A stretch of DNA of 64,000 nucleotides from contig NC_091977.1 in the NCBI RefSeq assembly GCF_044704955.1, positions 333,250,001-333,314,000 on the forward strand, given 5' to 3'. The translations under genes and the position numbers were made by a program. Origin of the DNA: Pristiophorus japonicus. Lineage: Eukaryota. The notes under the pieces are model-generated. The model saw only the letters and a list, made by a program, of their open reading frames with translations, made no database searches and had not been told where the DNA came from. Position 1 is the first letter of the stretch, and each line of letters opens with the position of its first letter. Shown here one piece after another: positions 1 to 12,730 of this stretch.

Positions 1-2672
1 GCTGGTTAAAGAGGAAATTAATGCAATAGTAAGGAGGGACATTAGCCTGGATGATGTGGAATCGGTATGGGTGGAGCTGCGGAATACTAAAGGGCAGAAA
101 ACGCTAGTGGGAGTTGTGTACAGACCACCAAACAGTAGCAGTGAGGTTGAGGACAGCATCAAACAAAAAATAAGGGATGTGTGCAATAAAGGTACAGCAG
201 TTATCATGGGCGACTTTAATCTACATATTGATTGGGCTAACCAAACTGGTAGCAATGCGGTGGAGGAGGAGTGTATTAGGGATGGTTTTCTAGACCAATA
301 TGTCGAGGAACCAACTAGGGAGCTGGCCTTCCTAGACTGGGTGATGTGTAATGAGAAGGGACTAATTAGCAATCTTGTTGTGCGAGGCCCCTTGGGAAGA
401 GTGGCCATAATATGGTAGAATTCTTTATTAAGATGGAGTGTGACACAGTTAATTTGGAAACTAGGGTCCTGAACTTAAGGAAAGGTAACTTCGACGATAT
501 GAGATGTGAATTGGCTAGAATAGACTGGCAAAGGATACTTAAAGGGTTGATGGTGAATAAACAATGGCAAACATTTAAAGATCACATGGATGAACTTCAG
601 CAATTGTACATCCCTGTCTGGAGTAAAAATAAAACGGGGAAGGTGGCTCAACCGTGGCTAACAAGGGAAATTAAGGATAAAACCAAGGAAGAGGCATATA
701 AACTGGCTAGAAAAAGCAACAAATCTGAGGACTGGGAGAAATTTAGAATTCAACAGAGGAGGACTAAGGGTTTAATTAAGAGGGGGAAAATAGAATACGA
801 GAGGAAGCTTGCAGGGAACATAAAAACTAACTGCAAAAGCTTCTATAAATATGTGAAGAGAAAAAGATTAGTGAAGACAAACGTAGGTCCCTTGCAGTCG
901 AATTCAGGTGAATTTATAATGGGGAACAAAGAAATGGCAGACCAATTGAACAAATACTTCGGTTCTGTCTTCATGAGTGAAGACACAAATAACCTTCCGA
1001 ATGTACTAGGGGACAGTGGGTCTAGTGACAAGGAGGAACTGAAGGATATCCTTATTAGGCGGGAAATTGTGTTAGGGAAATTGATGTGATTGAAGACCGA
1101 TAAATCCCCGGGGCCTGATAGTCTGCATCCCACAGTACTTAAGGAAGTGGCCCTAGAAATAGTGGATGCATTGGTGATCATTTTCCAACAGTCTATCGAC
1201 TCTAGATCAGTTCCTATGAACTGGAGGGTAGCTAATGTAACACCACATTTTAAAAAAGGGAGAGAGAAAACAGGTAATTATAGACCAGTTAGCCTGACAT
1301 CAGTAGTGGGGAAAATGTTGGAATCAATCATTAAGGATGTAATAGCAACGCATTTGGAAAGCAGTAACGGGTTCGGTCCAAGTCAGCATGGATTTATGAA
1401 AAGAAAATCATGTTTGACGAATCTGCTGGAATTTTTTGAGAATGTAACAAGCAGAGTGGACAAGGGAGAACCAGTGGATGTGGTGTATTTGGACTTTCAA
1501 AGGGCTTTTGACAAGGCCCGTACAAGAGATCGGTGTGCAAAATCAAAGTGCATGGTATTGGGGGTAATGTACTGACGTGGATAGAGAACTGATTGGCAGA
1601 CAGGAAGCAGAGAGTCGGGATAAACTTGTCCTTTCCAGAATGGCAGACAGTGACTAGTGGAATGCCGCGTGGCTCAGTGCTGGAACCCCAGCTCTTTACA
1701 ATATACATTAATGATTTAGATGACGGAATTGAGTGTAATATCTCCAAGTTTGCATTTGACATTAAACTGGGTGGCAGAGTGAGCTGTAAGGAGGATGCTA
1801 AGAAGCTGCAGGGTGACTTGGACAGGTTAGGTGAGTGAGCAAATGCATGGCAGAAACAGTATAATCTGGATAAATGTGAGGTTATCCATTTTGGGGGCAA
1901 AAACACAAAAGCAGATTATCTGAATGGTGGCAGATTAGGAAAAGGGGAGGTGCAACGAGACCTGGGTGTCATGGTTCATCAGTCATTGCAAGTTGGCTTG
2001 CAGGTACAGCAGGCAATGAAGAAGACAAATGGTATGTTGGCCTTCATAGCTAGGGGATTTGAGTATGGGAGCAGGGAGGTCTTATTGCAGTTGTACAGGG
2101 CCTTGGTGAGACCTCACCTGGAATATTGTGTTCAGTTTTGGTCTCCTAATCTGAGGAAGGACGTTCTTGCTATTGAGGGAGTGCGGCGAAGGTTCACCAG
2201 ACTGATTCCAGGGATGGCTGGGCTGTCATATGAGGAGAGACTAGATCAACTGGGCCTTTATTCACTGGAGTTTGGAAGGATGAGAGGGGATCTCATACAA
2301 ACGTATAAGATTCTGACGGGACTGGAAAGGTTAGATGCGGGAAGAATGTTCCCGATGTTGAGGAAGTCCAGAACCAGGGGAAATAGTCTTCGGATAAGGG
2401 GTAGGCCATTTAGGACTGAGATGAGGAGAAACTTCTTCACTCAGAGTTGTTAACCTGTGGAATTCCCTGCCGCAGAGAGTTGTTGATGCCAGTTCATTGG
2501 ATATATTCAAGAGGGAGTTAGCTATAGCCCTTAAGGCTAAGGGGATCAAGGGGAATGGAGAGAAAGCAGGAAAGGGGTACTGAGGGAGTGATCAGCCATG
2601 ATCTTATTGAATGGTGGTGCAGGCTCGAAGAGCCGAATGGCCTACTCCTGGATCTATTTTCTATATTTCTAT
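1..2672 (+). mobile_element. CR1-clade LINE, degenerate ORF2 (APE endonuclease C-terminal half + RT) and 3' tail; runs off window start
   Basis: Frameshifted ORFs 56..418 (VGVVYRPP, MGDFN), 412..1089, 1090..1575 (KSPGPD, NYRPVSLTS, YLDFQRAFD), 1593..1838, 1950..2453 (LVRPHLEYCVQFWSP, SRTRG); 3' tail ...ctattttctatatttct. Confidence 0.93.
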
Positions 2673-3900
2673 ATCCTCCGCCTGCTCCACGACAACATGC
2701 AGGCTATGATCCTTACCGATGAATCCATTACAGACCCAATCCACATCCGGACCTGGGTCAAGCAGGGCCGCGTCATCGCCTCAATCTTCTCAATCTTCCT
2801 CGCTGCCATGCTCCACCTCACAGTCGATAATCTCCCTGCTGGAGTAGAACTAAACTACAGAACCAGTGGGAATCTGTTCAACCTTCACCGAATCCAGGCC
2901 AGTTCCAAGACCACCCAACCTCTGTCGTCGAGCTATAGTACACGGACGACGTCTGCGTTTGTGCACATACAGACGCTGAACTCTAGGACAAAGTCAACGT
3001 ATTTACTGAGGCATACGAAAGCATGGGCCTTACACTAAACATCAGCAAGACAAAGGTCGTCCACCAGCCTGTCCTTACCACACAACACTGTCCCCCAGTC
3101 ATCAAGATCCACGGCGCGGCCTTGTACAAGGTTGGCCACTTCTCATATCTCGGGAGCCTTTGATCAACAAGAGCAGGCATCGACAACGAGATCCAACACC
3201 ACCTCCAGTGCAGCCTTTGGCCGCCTGAGGAAAAGAGTGCTTGAAGAACAGGCCCTCAAAACTGCCACCAAGCTCATGGCTGTAGTAATACCCGCCCTCC
3301 TGTATGGCTCAGAGGCATGGACCATGTACATTAGACACCTCAAGTCACTGGAGAAATACCACCAAAGATGTCGCCGCAAGATCCTACAAATTCCCTAGGA
3401 GGACAGACGCACCAACATTAGCATCCTTGACCAGGCCAACATCCCCAGCATTGAAGCACTGACCACACTTGATCAGCTCTGCTGGGCAGGCCACATAGTT
3501 CGCATGCCAGACACGAGACTCCCAAAGCAAGCGCTCTACTCGGAACGGCAAACGAGACAAAGGTGGGCAATGGAAACGTTACAAAGACACCCTCAAAGCC
3601 TCCCTGATAAAGTGCAACTGACAGCTGGGAGACCCAAAGTGGAGGAAACGCATCCGGGAGGGCGCTGAGCACCTCGAGTCTCGTCGCCAAGAGCGTGCAG
3701 AAATCAAGCGCGCAGAAATCAAGCGCAGGCAGCGGAAAGAACATGCGGCAAACCAGTCCCAACCACCCCTTCCCTCAACGACTATCTACCCCACTGTGAC
3801 AGGGACTGTGGTTCTCGTTTGGACTGTACAGCCACCGAAGGACTCATGTTAAGAGTGGAAACAAGTCTTCCTCAACTCAGAGGGACTGCCTATGATGATG
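2673..3900 (+). mobile_element. RTE-clade (BovB-like) LINE 3' fragment, degenerate RT
   Basis: Peptides LRLLHDNM..VKQG..GVELNYRTSGNLFNL and AFGRLRKRV..VIPALLYGSEAWT..LEKYHQRCRRKILQI; 3' end gggactgcctatgatgatg with short (ATG)n tail. Confidence 0.85.
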
Positions 3901-3923
3901 AGTATTGGAGGAGACGATTCGCA

Positions 3924-3932
3924 TCATTTCCT
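3924..3932 (+). promoter_or_regulatory. Conserved V-promoter motif TCATTTCCT (V1)
   Basis: Same motif at equivalent distance (59-70 nt) from the ATG of all five V genes. Confidence 0.6.
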
Positions 3933-3990
3933 GTAGGAATGTATTTCATCAACTCAGCAAACCCACTCAGTTCCGCGGCAAACCGGAGAC

Positions 3991-4425
3991 ATGAAGATCC
4001 ATGTAGTGGTCCTATTTGTGGCATCTTTCTCCTGTGAGTACTTTAGGATTGATTCATTTGAAAGTGCAACATATTATTCCACAATAAGTAACGGTCATGT
4101 TCTTTTAAACAGGTGGTGGTCTTGCTCTATCCGTGACTCAGCCCACGAGATCCGTCACCAGGACCTTGAGAAAAACGGCCCGTTTTCGGTGTGTGTTTGA
4201 GGGTGCGGATTTCGTGAGTGTTACGGTTCACTGGTACCGACACACACCGAGCCGAGACTTCCATCGCATTCTCCACGTTAAGACAGACGCCCGTGCAGTC
4301 TACGACGACAATTTCGACAACAGATTCACGGCCGAAAACTTGGAACAAGAAAAGATGAGTCGACTAGACATAAGAGACATCGCGGAGAGCGATGCTGGAG
4401 TTTATTACTGCGCCTTCTGGGCCAG
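3991..4425 (+). CDS. TRGV: T-cell receptor gamma variable gene segment V1 (leader exon 3991..4033, intron 4034..4112, V exon 4113..4425)
   Basis: Leader MKIHVVVLFVASFS, donor GTGAGT, acceptor aacAG, phase 1. V exon is open: ...SVTQPTRSVTR..RFRC..VHWYR..DAGVYYCAFWA, followed directly by a 23-RSS. Confidence 0.9.
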
Positions 4426-4464
4426 CACAGTGACAGGATATTGTGGGGGGCCCTTACAAATACC
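4426..4464 (+). other. V(D)J recombination signal, 23-bp spacer (V1)
   Basis: CACAGTG + acaggatattgtggggggccctt (23 nt) + ACAAATACC (one mismatch to ACAAAAACC). Confidence 0.95.
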
Positions 4465-4867
4465 AATCACCCAACCACCTCTCCGATGGGCTGTGGAGCG
4501 TGTGAACACATTACCCACTGCACAGAATTCAATTTAGAATCGACGAGCAATTACTGTCCAGAGTTAGGTTAAACCGACAATCAGAAGATCGTATCTCAAT
4601 TCTCTAATCCTTTCACCAATTGGAAAGAGCTTGAAATACCCAGATACAGGAGAATAATAGTACTTATACCGCATATCGGGACCAAGTGAGCCGATATTAA
4701 TCCTGTGAACTGTTCACAGACCCAAAGATCTCACGCTGTGAGGATACGCGAGATAAGAGCAACAGACCCGAGGGTTTGGTTTTAAAACCTCGGTTTAATG
4801 CAGTGCTTAAAAGACAGACACTTGTGTATATTTAGCGACAAAACGTACGCGGTTTAAAAAGTCTACA

Positions 4868-6128
4868 ACTCTTTTGGTTGGATAAAATAAAACAGTTACG
4901 TCAAGTGCCCCCCAATTTGGGAGACACTCCAAACATTTTTCAAGGCCCTTTTTTCCTTTTTTTGTTTTTTGTGGGGTTTTTTGTGCACTAAAATCATACA
5001 TTTTACAAGTGCCCCCTATAAAAGGGGAGGGGGACACTAAAACCTGGCAGTTAAAACAAATTAAACTTTAAAACATATAAAATCAAATTAAAATTTGGTT
5101 GCCGGAGGTAATAATGCACTCCAGTCCCTTCGGTGCCCACCTCTCACAGAAGGCCGTGAGCGTACCGATGGACACCACGTGCTCCATCTCCAAGGACACC
5201 CTGGCCCGGATGTAAGCACGGAAGAGAAGCAGGCAGTCGGGTTGAACGACCCCCTCGACCGCCCGCTGCCTGGACCGGCTGATGGCACCCTTGGCCGTGC
5301 CCAGGAGCAGTCCTACGAGGAGGCCCTCGGACCTACCCGCTCCCCTCCGCACAGGATGCCCAAAGATCAGGAGTGTGGGACTGAAGTGCAACCAGAATTT
5401 GAGGAGCAGCCCCTTTAAATAATGGAACAGGGGCTGCAACCTCGCATACTCCATAAAAACATGGAACACGGACTCTTCCAGACCGCAGAAATTGCAGGCG
5501 GCCTGGGAGCCCATGAACCGGCTTAAAAATTTACTGCACGGGACTGCTCCATGCACCACCCTCCAGGCCAAGTCCCTGGTAAATAGTGGGAGGACACCCG
5601 CATAGAGTGCACTCCATTGGGGACCCCCGCCTCCTCCGGACGGCAAGATGGTACGCCATGGCGTGTCCGGACGCAGACGAGGATGGCAAGGTTGAGAGGT
5701 GCAGGAGCAGCCCGTACAGGAAACCCCTCCGCGCAGAACTGAAAGGCACGGAGGGGATTTCCCCGAGGTGGCTCAAGTTGTGAGGCGCCGGCTCCCGAGG
5801 GAGGTTTCGGGGTTTGGCGCTGATGAGGAATTCCGTCCAGACGGGGATCAGTTCGGACAGGATCTCCCCCATGTGCTTGAGCATCCTTGACACACCTAAC
5901 CGAGTCAGGGCCCAGAGCTGTTTTTAGCGACTCGATGGCATCGGCTGCGCAGCGGACGTCGGCCGAATTTAGGTGCTGTGCCAGCACGTCTGCGCCATCC
6001 AGCCCTCTCCTCCGCCATCGAGCAGGTCCCTGACCTTGGTCACCTCGCCAGCCACAGCCCTCTCGTCCGCCTGCCACCTAAAACCTCGGTCGTGGAGATA
6101 CGGATTCCTGAGCAGCAGCTCCTGCAGG
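4868..6128 (-). mobile_element. Tx1-like (L1-clade) non-LTR retrotransposon, 5'-truncated, with 9-bp TSD
   Basis: ORF 5083..5646(-): DLAWRVVHGAVP..CNFCGLEESVFHVF is a C-terminal zinc-knuckle region typical of L1/Tx1 ORF2; AAGTCTACA flanks it at 4859..4867 and 6129..6137. Confidence 0.75.
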
Positions 6129-7776
6129 AAGTCTACAGACCTAAAGGCAATTCCAATATCACATCAATAAATTAATGATTCCCCCCACCCCCCCACACAC
6201 ACACGGAGGAGTGTCGAGAATATAACTAAGTTACATAACGGGATAACTGCAGTGACCTGGGGTAACTGGTGTATTTTCACCCAGAGGGTGGTGGGGGTCT
6301 GGAAAGGGTGGTGGGGGTCTGGAAAGGGTGGTAGAGACAGAACTCCTCATTTCAATTAAAAAATACAGGAAGTGCTGTAACCTACAAGGCTACGGACCAA
6401 GAGCTGGAAAGTGGGATTAGGCTGGGTAGCTCATTTTCGGAATGACGGAAATGGCTTCCTGTGCCGTAAATTTCTATGAACTTTTGGTGTAATTTGCTCA
6501 GACTCGGCCTCTGCTCCGAAAGCTCATGTTTTTTTTTCAATTTCTAAACTCAATTGTTCCGCTGTCGCAGTTGATGACCTCCCCTCCATCATCTCCAATC
6601 TGTCCCGAACACCGTCCCGACCTCTTCCCACCATCCTTACGACCCAACACTGGCTCCCTGACCCCAACTCAGCACATTTTAAATCATTTCCATCTTTAAA
6701 TCTCTTGATGGCTTCACTCTGTTCCATCTCTGCAACGTCCTCTAGGGTTTCGCCATCCGACAGTCCTGGAACTCCCGCCCCTTCTTTCCTCCACCTTTCG
6801 CTGCACAAACCCACTGCCTGCAACTCTGCCTAAACCCTCCACCTCTCTCAATAAAACCCTTAGCAAAAGCGATCTTTTTCAACAGCTGCCGATAACACAT
6901 CCCACTCTCTCCCTGTAGGGGTTGATGTCTGACCCCCAGATTTCAAAGTGTCTCCGGTGTTTCCTACATTAAATGTTAATATTTAATTGCAACTTGCCGT
7001 GTTCGCTGAGCTGTTTGCCAATTCTCTTGCACTTTGGATTATCTATTGAGTTCGGATGCATTTGCACTAATGCAAATCGGAGCAGCCAGTTTGATGATCT
7101 GCAATAATAGTTTTGCTTCCTACGGGCACGGAGGTTGTAAATTAAACGAAGAGTCTGGGCCCTGCTTAAATGTAGAGACAAGTTGTGACGCCGCCAGGAG
7201 GAGCCAGTCTTGCGCCGCTAAAATTCGATAGTACTTAGGAAGTAAATCCAACTGAGTTTAAAAAGTGTCCATTTAAAGCTTATACATTTAACTCAAAGTC
7301 GGTTTAAAAAGTGTGGAGATTGTTCCCACTCTCTCGTATCAAATAAGTAAAATGTAACTGCTGGTAGGAGCCGTACAAATGGACAAAACATTCTCCGGAG
7401 CAGAGTTGGAGCCAAGCTGCATAAACAGGTCAATGTCTGATGAAACTAACATTGCAGCTGAAACCAGTAATTACAATGTAACATTAATCACCCGTCAACA
7501 TGTCAGGGTTACCAATCGTACACTGAGCAAATGTGAAGATCAATGGAGGCCACGAGGTACAGAAACAACACGTTTAGGTTGAATTAATATCCTGGATTAG
7601 TCGGTAGTGGAAAGACCTTTCCCGGTGTAAAAGGCATCCAACCAATCAGAATGAGTCCAGCGGACTTTAAAGTCAAAGGGGTCAACGTGGTTTCTTATTG
7701 GTTGCGCGTTTATTTCCAACACCAGATTTCTGATTGGTCACATTGGAGGACAAGACACACCCAGCAGTTTATCCGG

Positions 7777-9046
7777 AACATAAAAAATAGGAGCAGGAGT
7801 AGACCATTTGGCCCCTCGAGCCTGCCCCACCATTTAATAAGATCATGGCTGATCTGATCATGGATTCAGGTCCACTTCCCTGCCAACTCCCCATAACCCT
7901 TTATTCCTTATCGCTCAAAAATCTGTCTGTCTCCACCTTAAATATATTCAATGAGCCAGCCTCCATAGCTCCCTGGGGTAGAGAATTCCACAGATTTACA
8001 ACTCTCAGAGAAGAAATTCCTCCTCATCTCAGTTTTAAATGGGCAGCCCCTTATTCTGAGACTATGCCCCCTAGTTCATGTTTCCCCTATGAATGGAAAT
8101 ATACTCTCTGCATCCACCTTGTCAAGGCCCCTCATTCTCTTATATGTTTCGATAAGATCACCTCTCATTCTTCTGGACTCCAATGAGTAGAGGCCCAACC
8201 TATTCAACCTATCTTCAAAAGTCAACCCCCTCATCTTCAGAATCAACCTAGTGAACCTTCTCTGAACTGCCTCCAGTGCAAGTATATCCTTCCTTAAATA
8301 CGGAGACCAAAACTGAATGCAGTACTATAGGTGTGGCCTCACCAATACCCTGTACAGTTGTAGCACAACTTCCCTGCTTTTATATTCCATCCCCCTTGCA
8401 ATAAAGGCCAACATTCCATTTGCCTTCCTGATTACTTGCTGTACCTGCATACTAACTTTTTGTGTTTCATGCACAAGGACCCCCAGGTCCCTCTGTACTG
8501 CAACACTTTGCAACTTTTCTCCATTTAAATTATAATTTGCTTTTCTATTTTTTCTACCAAAGTGGATAAGCTCACATTTTCCCACATTATACTCCATCTG
8601 CCAAATGTTTGCCCACTCACTTAGCCTGTCTATATCCCTTTGCAGATTTTTTGTGTCCTCCTCACAATTTGCTTCCCCCCCAATCTTTGTACTATCAGTA
8701 AACTTGACTACATTACACTTGGTCCCCTCATCCAAGTCATTAATATAGATTGTAAATAGTTAAGACCCCAGCACCGATCCCTGCGGCACCCCACTAGTTA
8801 CTGTTTGCCAACCGAAAGTGACCCATTTATCCCGACTCTCTGTTTTCTGTTTGTTAGCCAATCCTCTATCCATGCTAATATATTGCCCTCAACCCTGTGA
8901 ACTTTTATCTTGTGCAGTAACCTTTTATGTGGCACCATTTTGAATGCCTTCTGGAAATCCAAATACACCACATCCACTGGTTCCCCCTTATCCACCCTGC
9001 TTGTTACATTCTCAAAGAACTCCAGCAAATTTGCCAAACATGATTT
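7777..9046 (-). mobile_element. CR1 LINE 3' fragment (RT)
   Basis: ORFs 8798..9037(-) YLDFQKAF and 8325..8735(-) KFTDSTKIGG..YRVLVRPHL; CR1 3' tail near 7780. Confidence 0.9.
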
Positions 9047-9214
9047 GTAATTAGATCTTACCTGCCTAAGTAATCAATTATTTTGCCAAGTCTAATTCGA
9101 GCCATTCTCACTGCCAGACTCTAAACAGAACAGATCTGACACAGAACCTTGCCGGTTAAGACCTTCTCCCACCCCAAAAACAAGTTACTGGCCCCACCCC
9201 TACCAAGTTCCTAA

Positions 9215-9325
9215 CCTTTCTACATTACAACAGCGACTACACACCACTTCATTGGCTGTAAAGCACTTTGAGACATCCGGTGGTCGTGAAAGGCGCTACA
9301 TAAATCCAAGTCTTTATTTTTCTTC
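9215..9325 (+). mobile_element. DeuSINE-like SINE 3' fragment
   Basis: tacattacaacagcgactac..cattggctgtaaagcactttg..gtgaaaggcgctacataaatccaagt, matching the reverse complement of the longer copy at 23050..23455. Confidence 0.65.
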
Positions 9326-9789
9326 TTTCCTGCCACTGCAGGTTCCTGACCTTCTCCCTCCACCCCCCATCTCCCCCCACCACCAATCCTCTCCGTCCCC
9401 ACCCCCCACCACCATCGATGAGTCATTGTGTGTGGGTCACAGATTGTTAACAGGTTTATTGGGTATTATGTGAATAATGACAGTGTCAAGAATTCTGGAT
9501 TTCATCCAGTCCAATCATGTCACTTGCCATACACGCACCGAGCTATCTGAGATATCAACCAGGTCTAGGGGCAGGAGAGGGAGAACATGGTGTGGGTGTA
9601 AAGGGGGTGGGGTTGGAAGAATGTGATCCATCTTGCCATCTGGATCATGTTCTCGCTCTCAACCTCCCTCCTTTAGTCCTGGATCACATTCTTCCCCCAT
9701 CCCCACTGTGCTCTCTGTATTCTTTACCCCCTCCCTCCTGAGTTCCTGGTCTTAGCTCCGTTCCCCTCCAATCCTCCACTTTCCCCCTT

Positions 9790-10746
9790 CAATTGTCTCT
9801 CTCCCTTTGAAGCTCATTCTCTCTCCCCTCCTCCTCTCTCTCTCCCCCTCCTCTCTCTCTTTCCCCTTCTCTCTCTCCCCCCTCCTCTCTCTCCCCTCCT
9901 CTCTCTCCCCCTCCTCCATCTCCCCTCCTCTCTCTCTCTCTCCATCCTCTCTCTCCCTCCTCTCTCTCCCTCCCTCCTCTCTTTCCCCTCCTCTGTCTCA
10001 CCCTCTGTCTCTCCCCTCCAATCCCCTCTCTTTCTCCCCCTCCAATCGTCTCTCTCTCCCCGAATCCCTCTCTTCTCCCCTCCTCTCTCTCTCTCTCCCC
10101 ATCACCCTCTATCTCTCCCCCTCCAATCCCCTCTCTCTCTGCCGTCCGATATCCTCTCTATTCATCCACTGATCCCCGCTCTCCTACCTCTCTGATCACT
10201 TTATTGCCCACCTCTGAGCCCCTCTCTCTTCCATCTCCAATTCCCTCCTCACCCTCCTCTTTCTCCCCATCCTCTCTCTCCCATCTCCTCTCTCTCTCTC
10301 CCCTCCGATTTCCTCTGATTCATTATCTCTTGCCCCTCCAATCTCTTCTCTCCTTTCCTTGATCCACTCCCTCTCCCCTCCTCTCTCTCTCCCTCCTCTC
10401 TGCCCCTCTCTCTCCCTCCCTCCTTTCTTCCACTCCTCCCTTTCCCCTCCCCTTCTCTCTCCCCTTCGACTCTCTCTCCCCCCTCTCTCTCTCCCCCTCC
10501 TCTCTCCCCTCCTCCCCTCTCTCCCCCTCTTTCTCTCTCATTCCTCTCTCTCCCCCTCTGTCCCTCTCTCTCTCTTCCCCCTCCTTTCTCTCTCCCCCTC
10601 TCTCTCGCCACCTCTATCTCCCCTCCTTTCTTGCTCCCTCCTCTCTCCCCCCTCCTCTGATTCTCTTTCTCTCTTCCCACTCTGATTTCCTCTCTCTCTC
10701 TCCCCTTTTCATCCTCTGTCTTCTCTCCTTTCCTGTGTCCCCCCCT
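9790..10746. repeat. C/T-rich polypyrimidine low-complexity tract (~950 bp)
   Basis: Almost exclusively C and T on the + strand; the overlapping S/P/L-rich and E/R/G-rich ORFs are artefacts. Confidence 0.95.
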
Positions 10747-12730
10747 TGTTATATATGTGAAATTGTATTTACTCTGTACAGCCACCAGAGGGCTCATCCC
10801 CTGGATCCCATAATCCCTTAGGAGCACAGGTATTTAAGGAGGCCTCACAGGTTGGAGAGGCACTCTGGAGATTTTTTCGTACTTGGCATTGACAACGAAT
10901 CCATACTTCGCAAACTTTTGACTGTAGAGACCCCAACCTTGAGCAAGGCCATAGCAATAGCCCAGGCATTCATTGCCACCAGTGACAATACGAAGCAAAT
11001 CTCCCAGCATTCAAGTGCTGCTACAAGTACTGTGAACAAAGTGATGTTGTTTTCAAATCGTCATATACAGGGCAGGTCACACATACCTGCAGCTGCACAT
11101 CTGCAGATGTCTTAGAGTCCACCATCAAGGGTGATGAATGCAAGGCCATTAACACCTTGTTGGCGCTGTGGGGGTGATCATCGTTTCCATTCATGCCGAT
11201 TCAAAGGGTACATTTGCAAGGGCTGTGGAACAATGGGATACCTCCAACGAGTGTGCAGGTGAGCTGCTAATCTTGTTAAACCTGCAAACCATCATGTTGC
11301 AGAGAAGGACAGATCTACGGAGGATCACAATGAACCAGAGCCTCAGACCGAGGAAGTAGAGGTACATGGAGTGCACACATTCACCTTGAATTGTCCCCCA
11401 ATAATGCTGAATGTTGAACTAAATGGACTCTCGGTGTCAATGGAGCTGGACACAGGTGCATGCCAGTCCATCATGGGCAAAAAGACTTTCAAAAAATTGT
11501 GCTGCAACAAGGCTTCAGGCCAGTCTTAACTCCAGTTTGCACGAAATTAAGAACATACACAAAAGAACTGATTCCTGTAATTGGCAGTGCTACCGTAAAG
11601 GTCTCCTACGATGGAGCGGTGCACAAGCTACCATTCTGGGTGGTACCGGGTGATGGTCCCACATTGCTTGGCAAGAGCTGGCCTGGAAAGATATGCTGGA
11701 ACTGGGACGACATCTGAGCACTATCGCCCGCTGATGAACTTCGTGTGCCCAGGTCTTAAACAAATTTCCTTCGATGTTCGAACCAGGCATTGGGAAATTC
11801 CAAGGAGCAAAAGTGCAGATCCACCTAATTCCGGGGGCGCGACCCATTCATCACAATGCGAGAGCAGTACTGTACATGATGAGAGAAAGGGTAGAGATCG
11901 AGCTTGACCGGCTGCAAAGAGAGGGCATAATTTTACCGATCGAGTTCAACAAGTGGGCCAGTCCGATCCTTCCTGTCCTCAAGGGAGATGGCACCTTCAG
12001 AATCTGTGGCGATTACAAAGTAATTATCAATCGTTTCTCCCTGCAGGACCAATACTCACTACCAAAGGCCGATGACCTCTTTGCAACGCTGGCGGGAGGA
12101 AAGACATTCACGAAGCTGGAGCTGACTTCAGCCAACATGACGCAGGAACTGGAGGAATCATCGAAGGCCTTCACCTGCATCAACATGCACAAAGGTCTTT
12201 TTGTTTATAACAGATGCCCGTTTGGAATTCGATCAGCGGCGGCAATATTCCAGAGAAACATGGAAAGCTTACTGAAGTCGGTCCTGCACCCCGTGGTCTT
12301 CCAGGATGACATCTTGGTCACAGGTCAGAACACAGTCGAGCATCTGCAGCACCTGGAGGAGGTTCTTAGTCGACTCAAATGCGTAGGGCTCAGGTTAAAA
12401 CGCTCAAAGTGCGTTTTCCTGGTGCCTGATGCAGAGTTCTTGGGAAGGAGGATTGTGGCAGACGTCATCAGGCCCACCAACATGAAAACGGAGGCAATGG
12501 AGAACGCACCAAGGCAGAACGTGATGGAGCTACGGTCGTTTCTGGGGCTCCTGAACTTCTTTGGTAACTTCTTACCGGGTCTTAGCACACTGTTAGAACC
12601 ACTGCATGAATGGGTTTGGGGCAAAAGGTAAGAAAATGCCTTTGTAAAAGCAAGAAAATTGTTGTGCTCAAACAAGTTGTTGTGTTGTATGATCCATGTA
12701 AGCGTTTGGTACTAACATGTGATGCGTCGT

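Noticed and set aside
6286-6332. Short tandem duplication (also one at ~3693..3727), superficially array-like
   Set aside because: Two-copy slippage duplications inside TE remnants with no spacers; not CRISPR, and the DNA is eukaryotic.
9789-10827. Long S/P/L-rich and E/R/G-rich ORFs (also at 30133..30985)
   Set aside because: Products of low-complexity CT/GA sequence that lacks stop codons.
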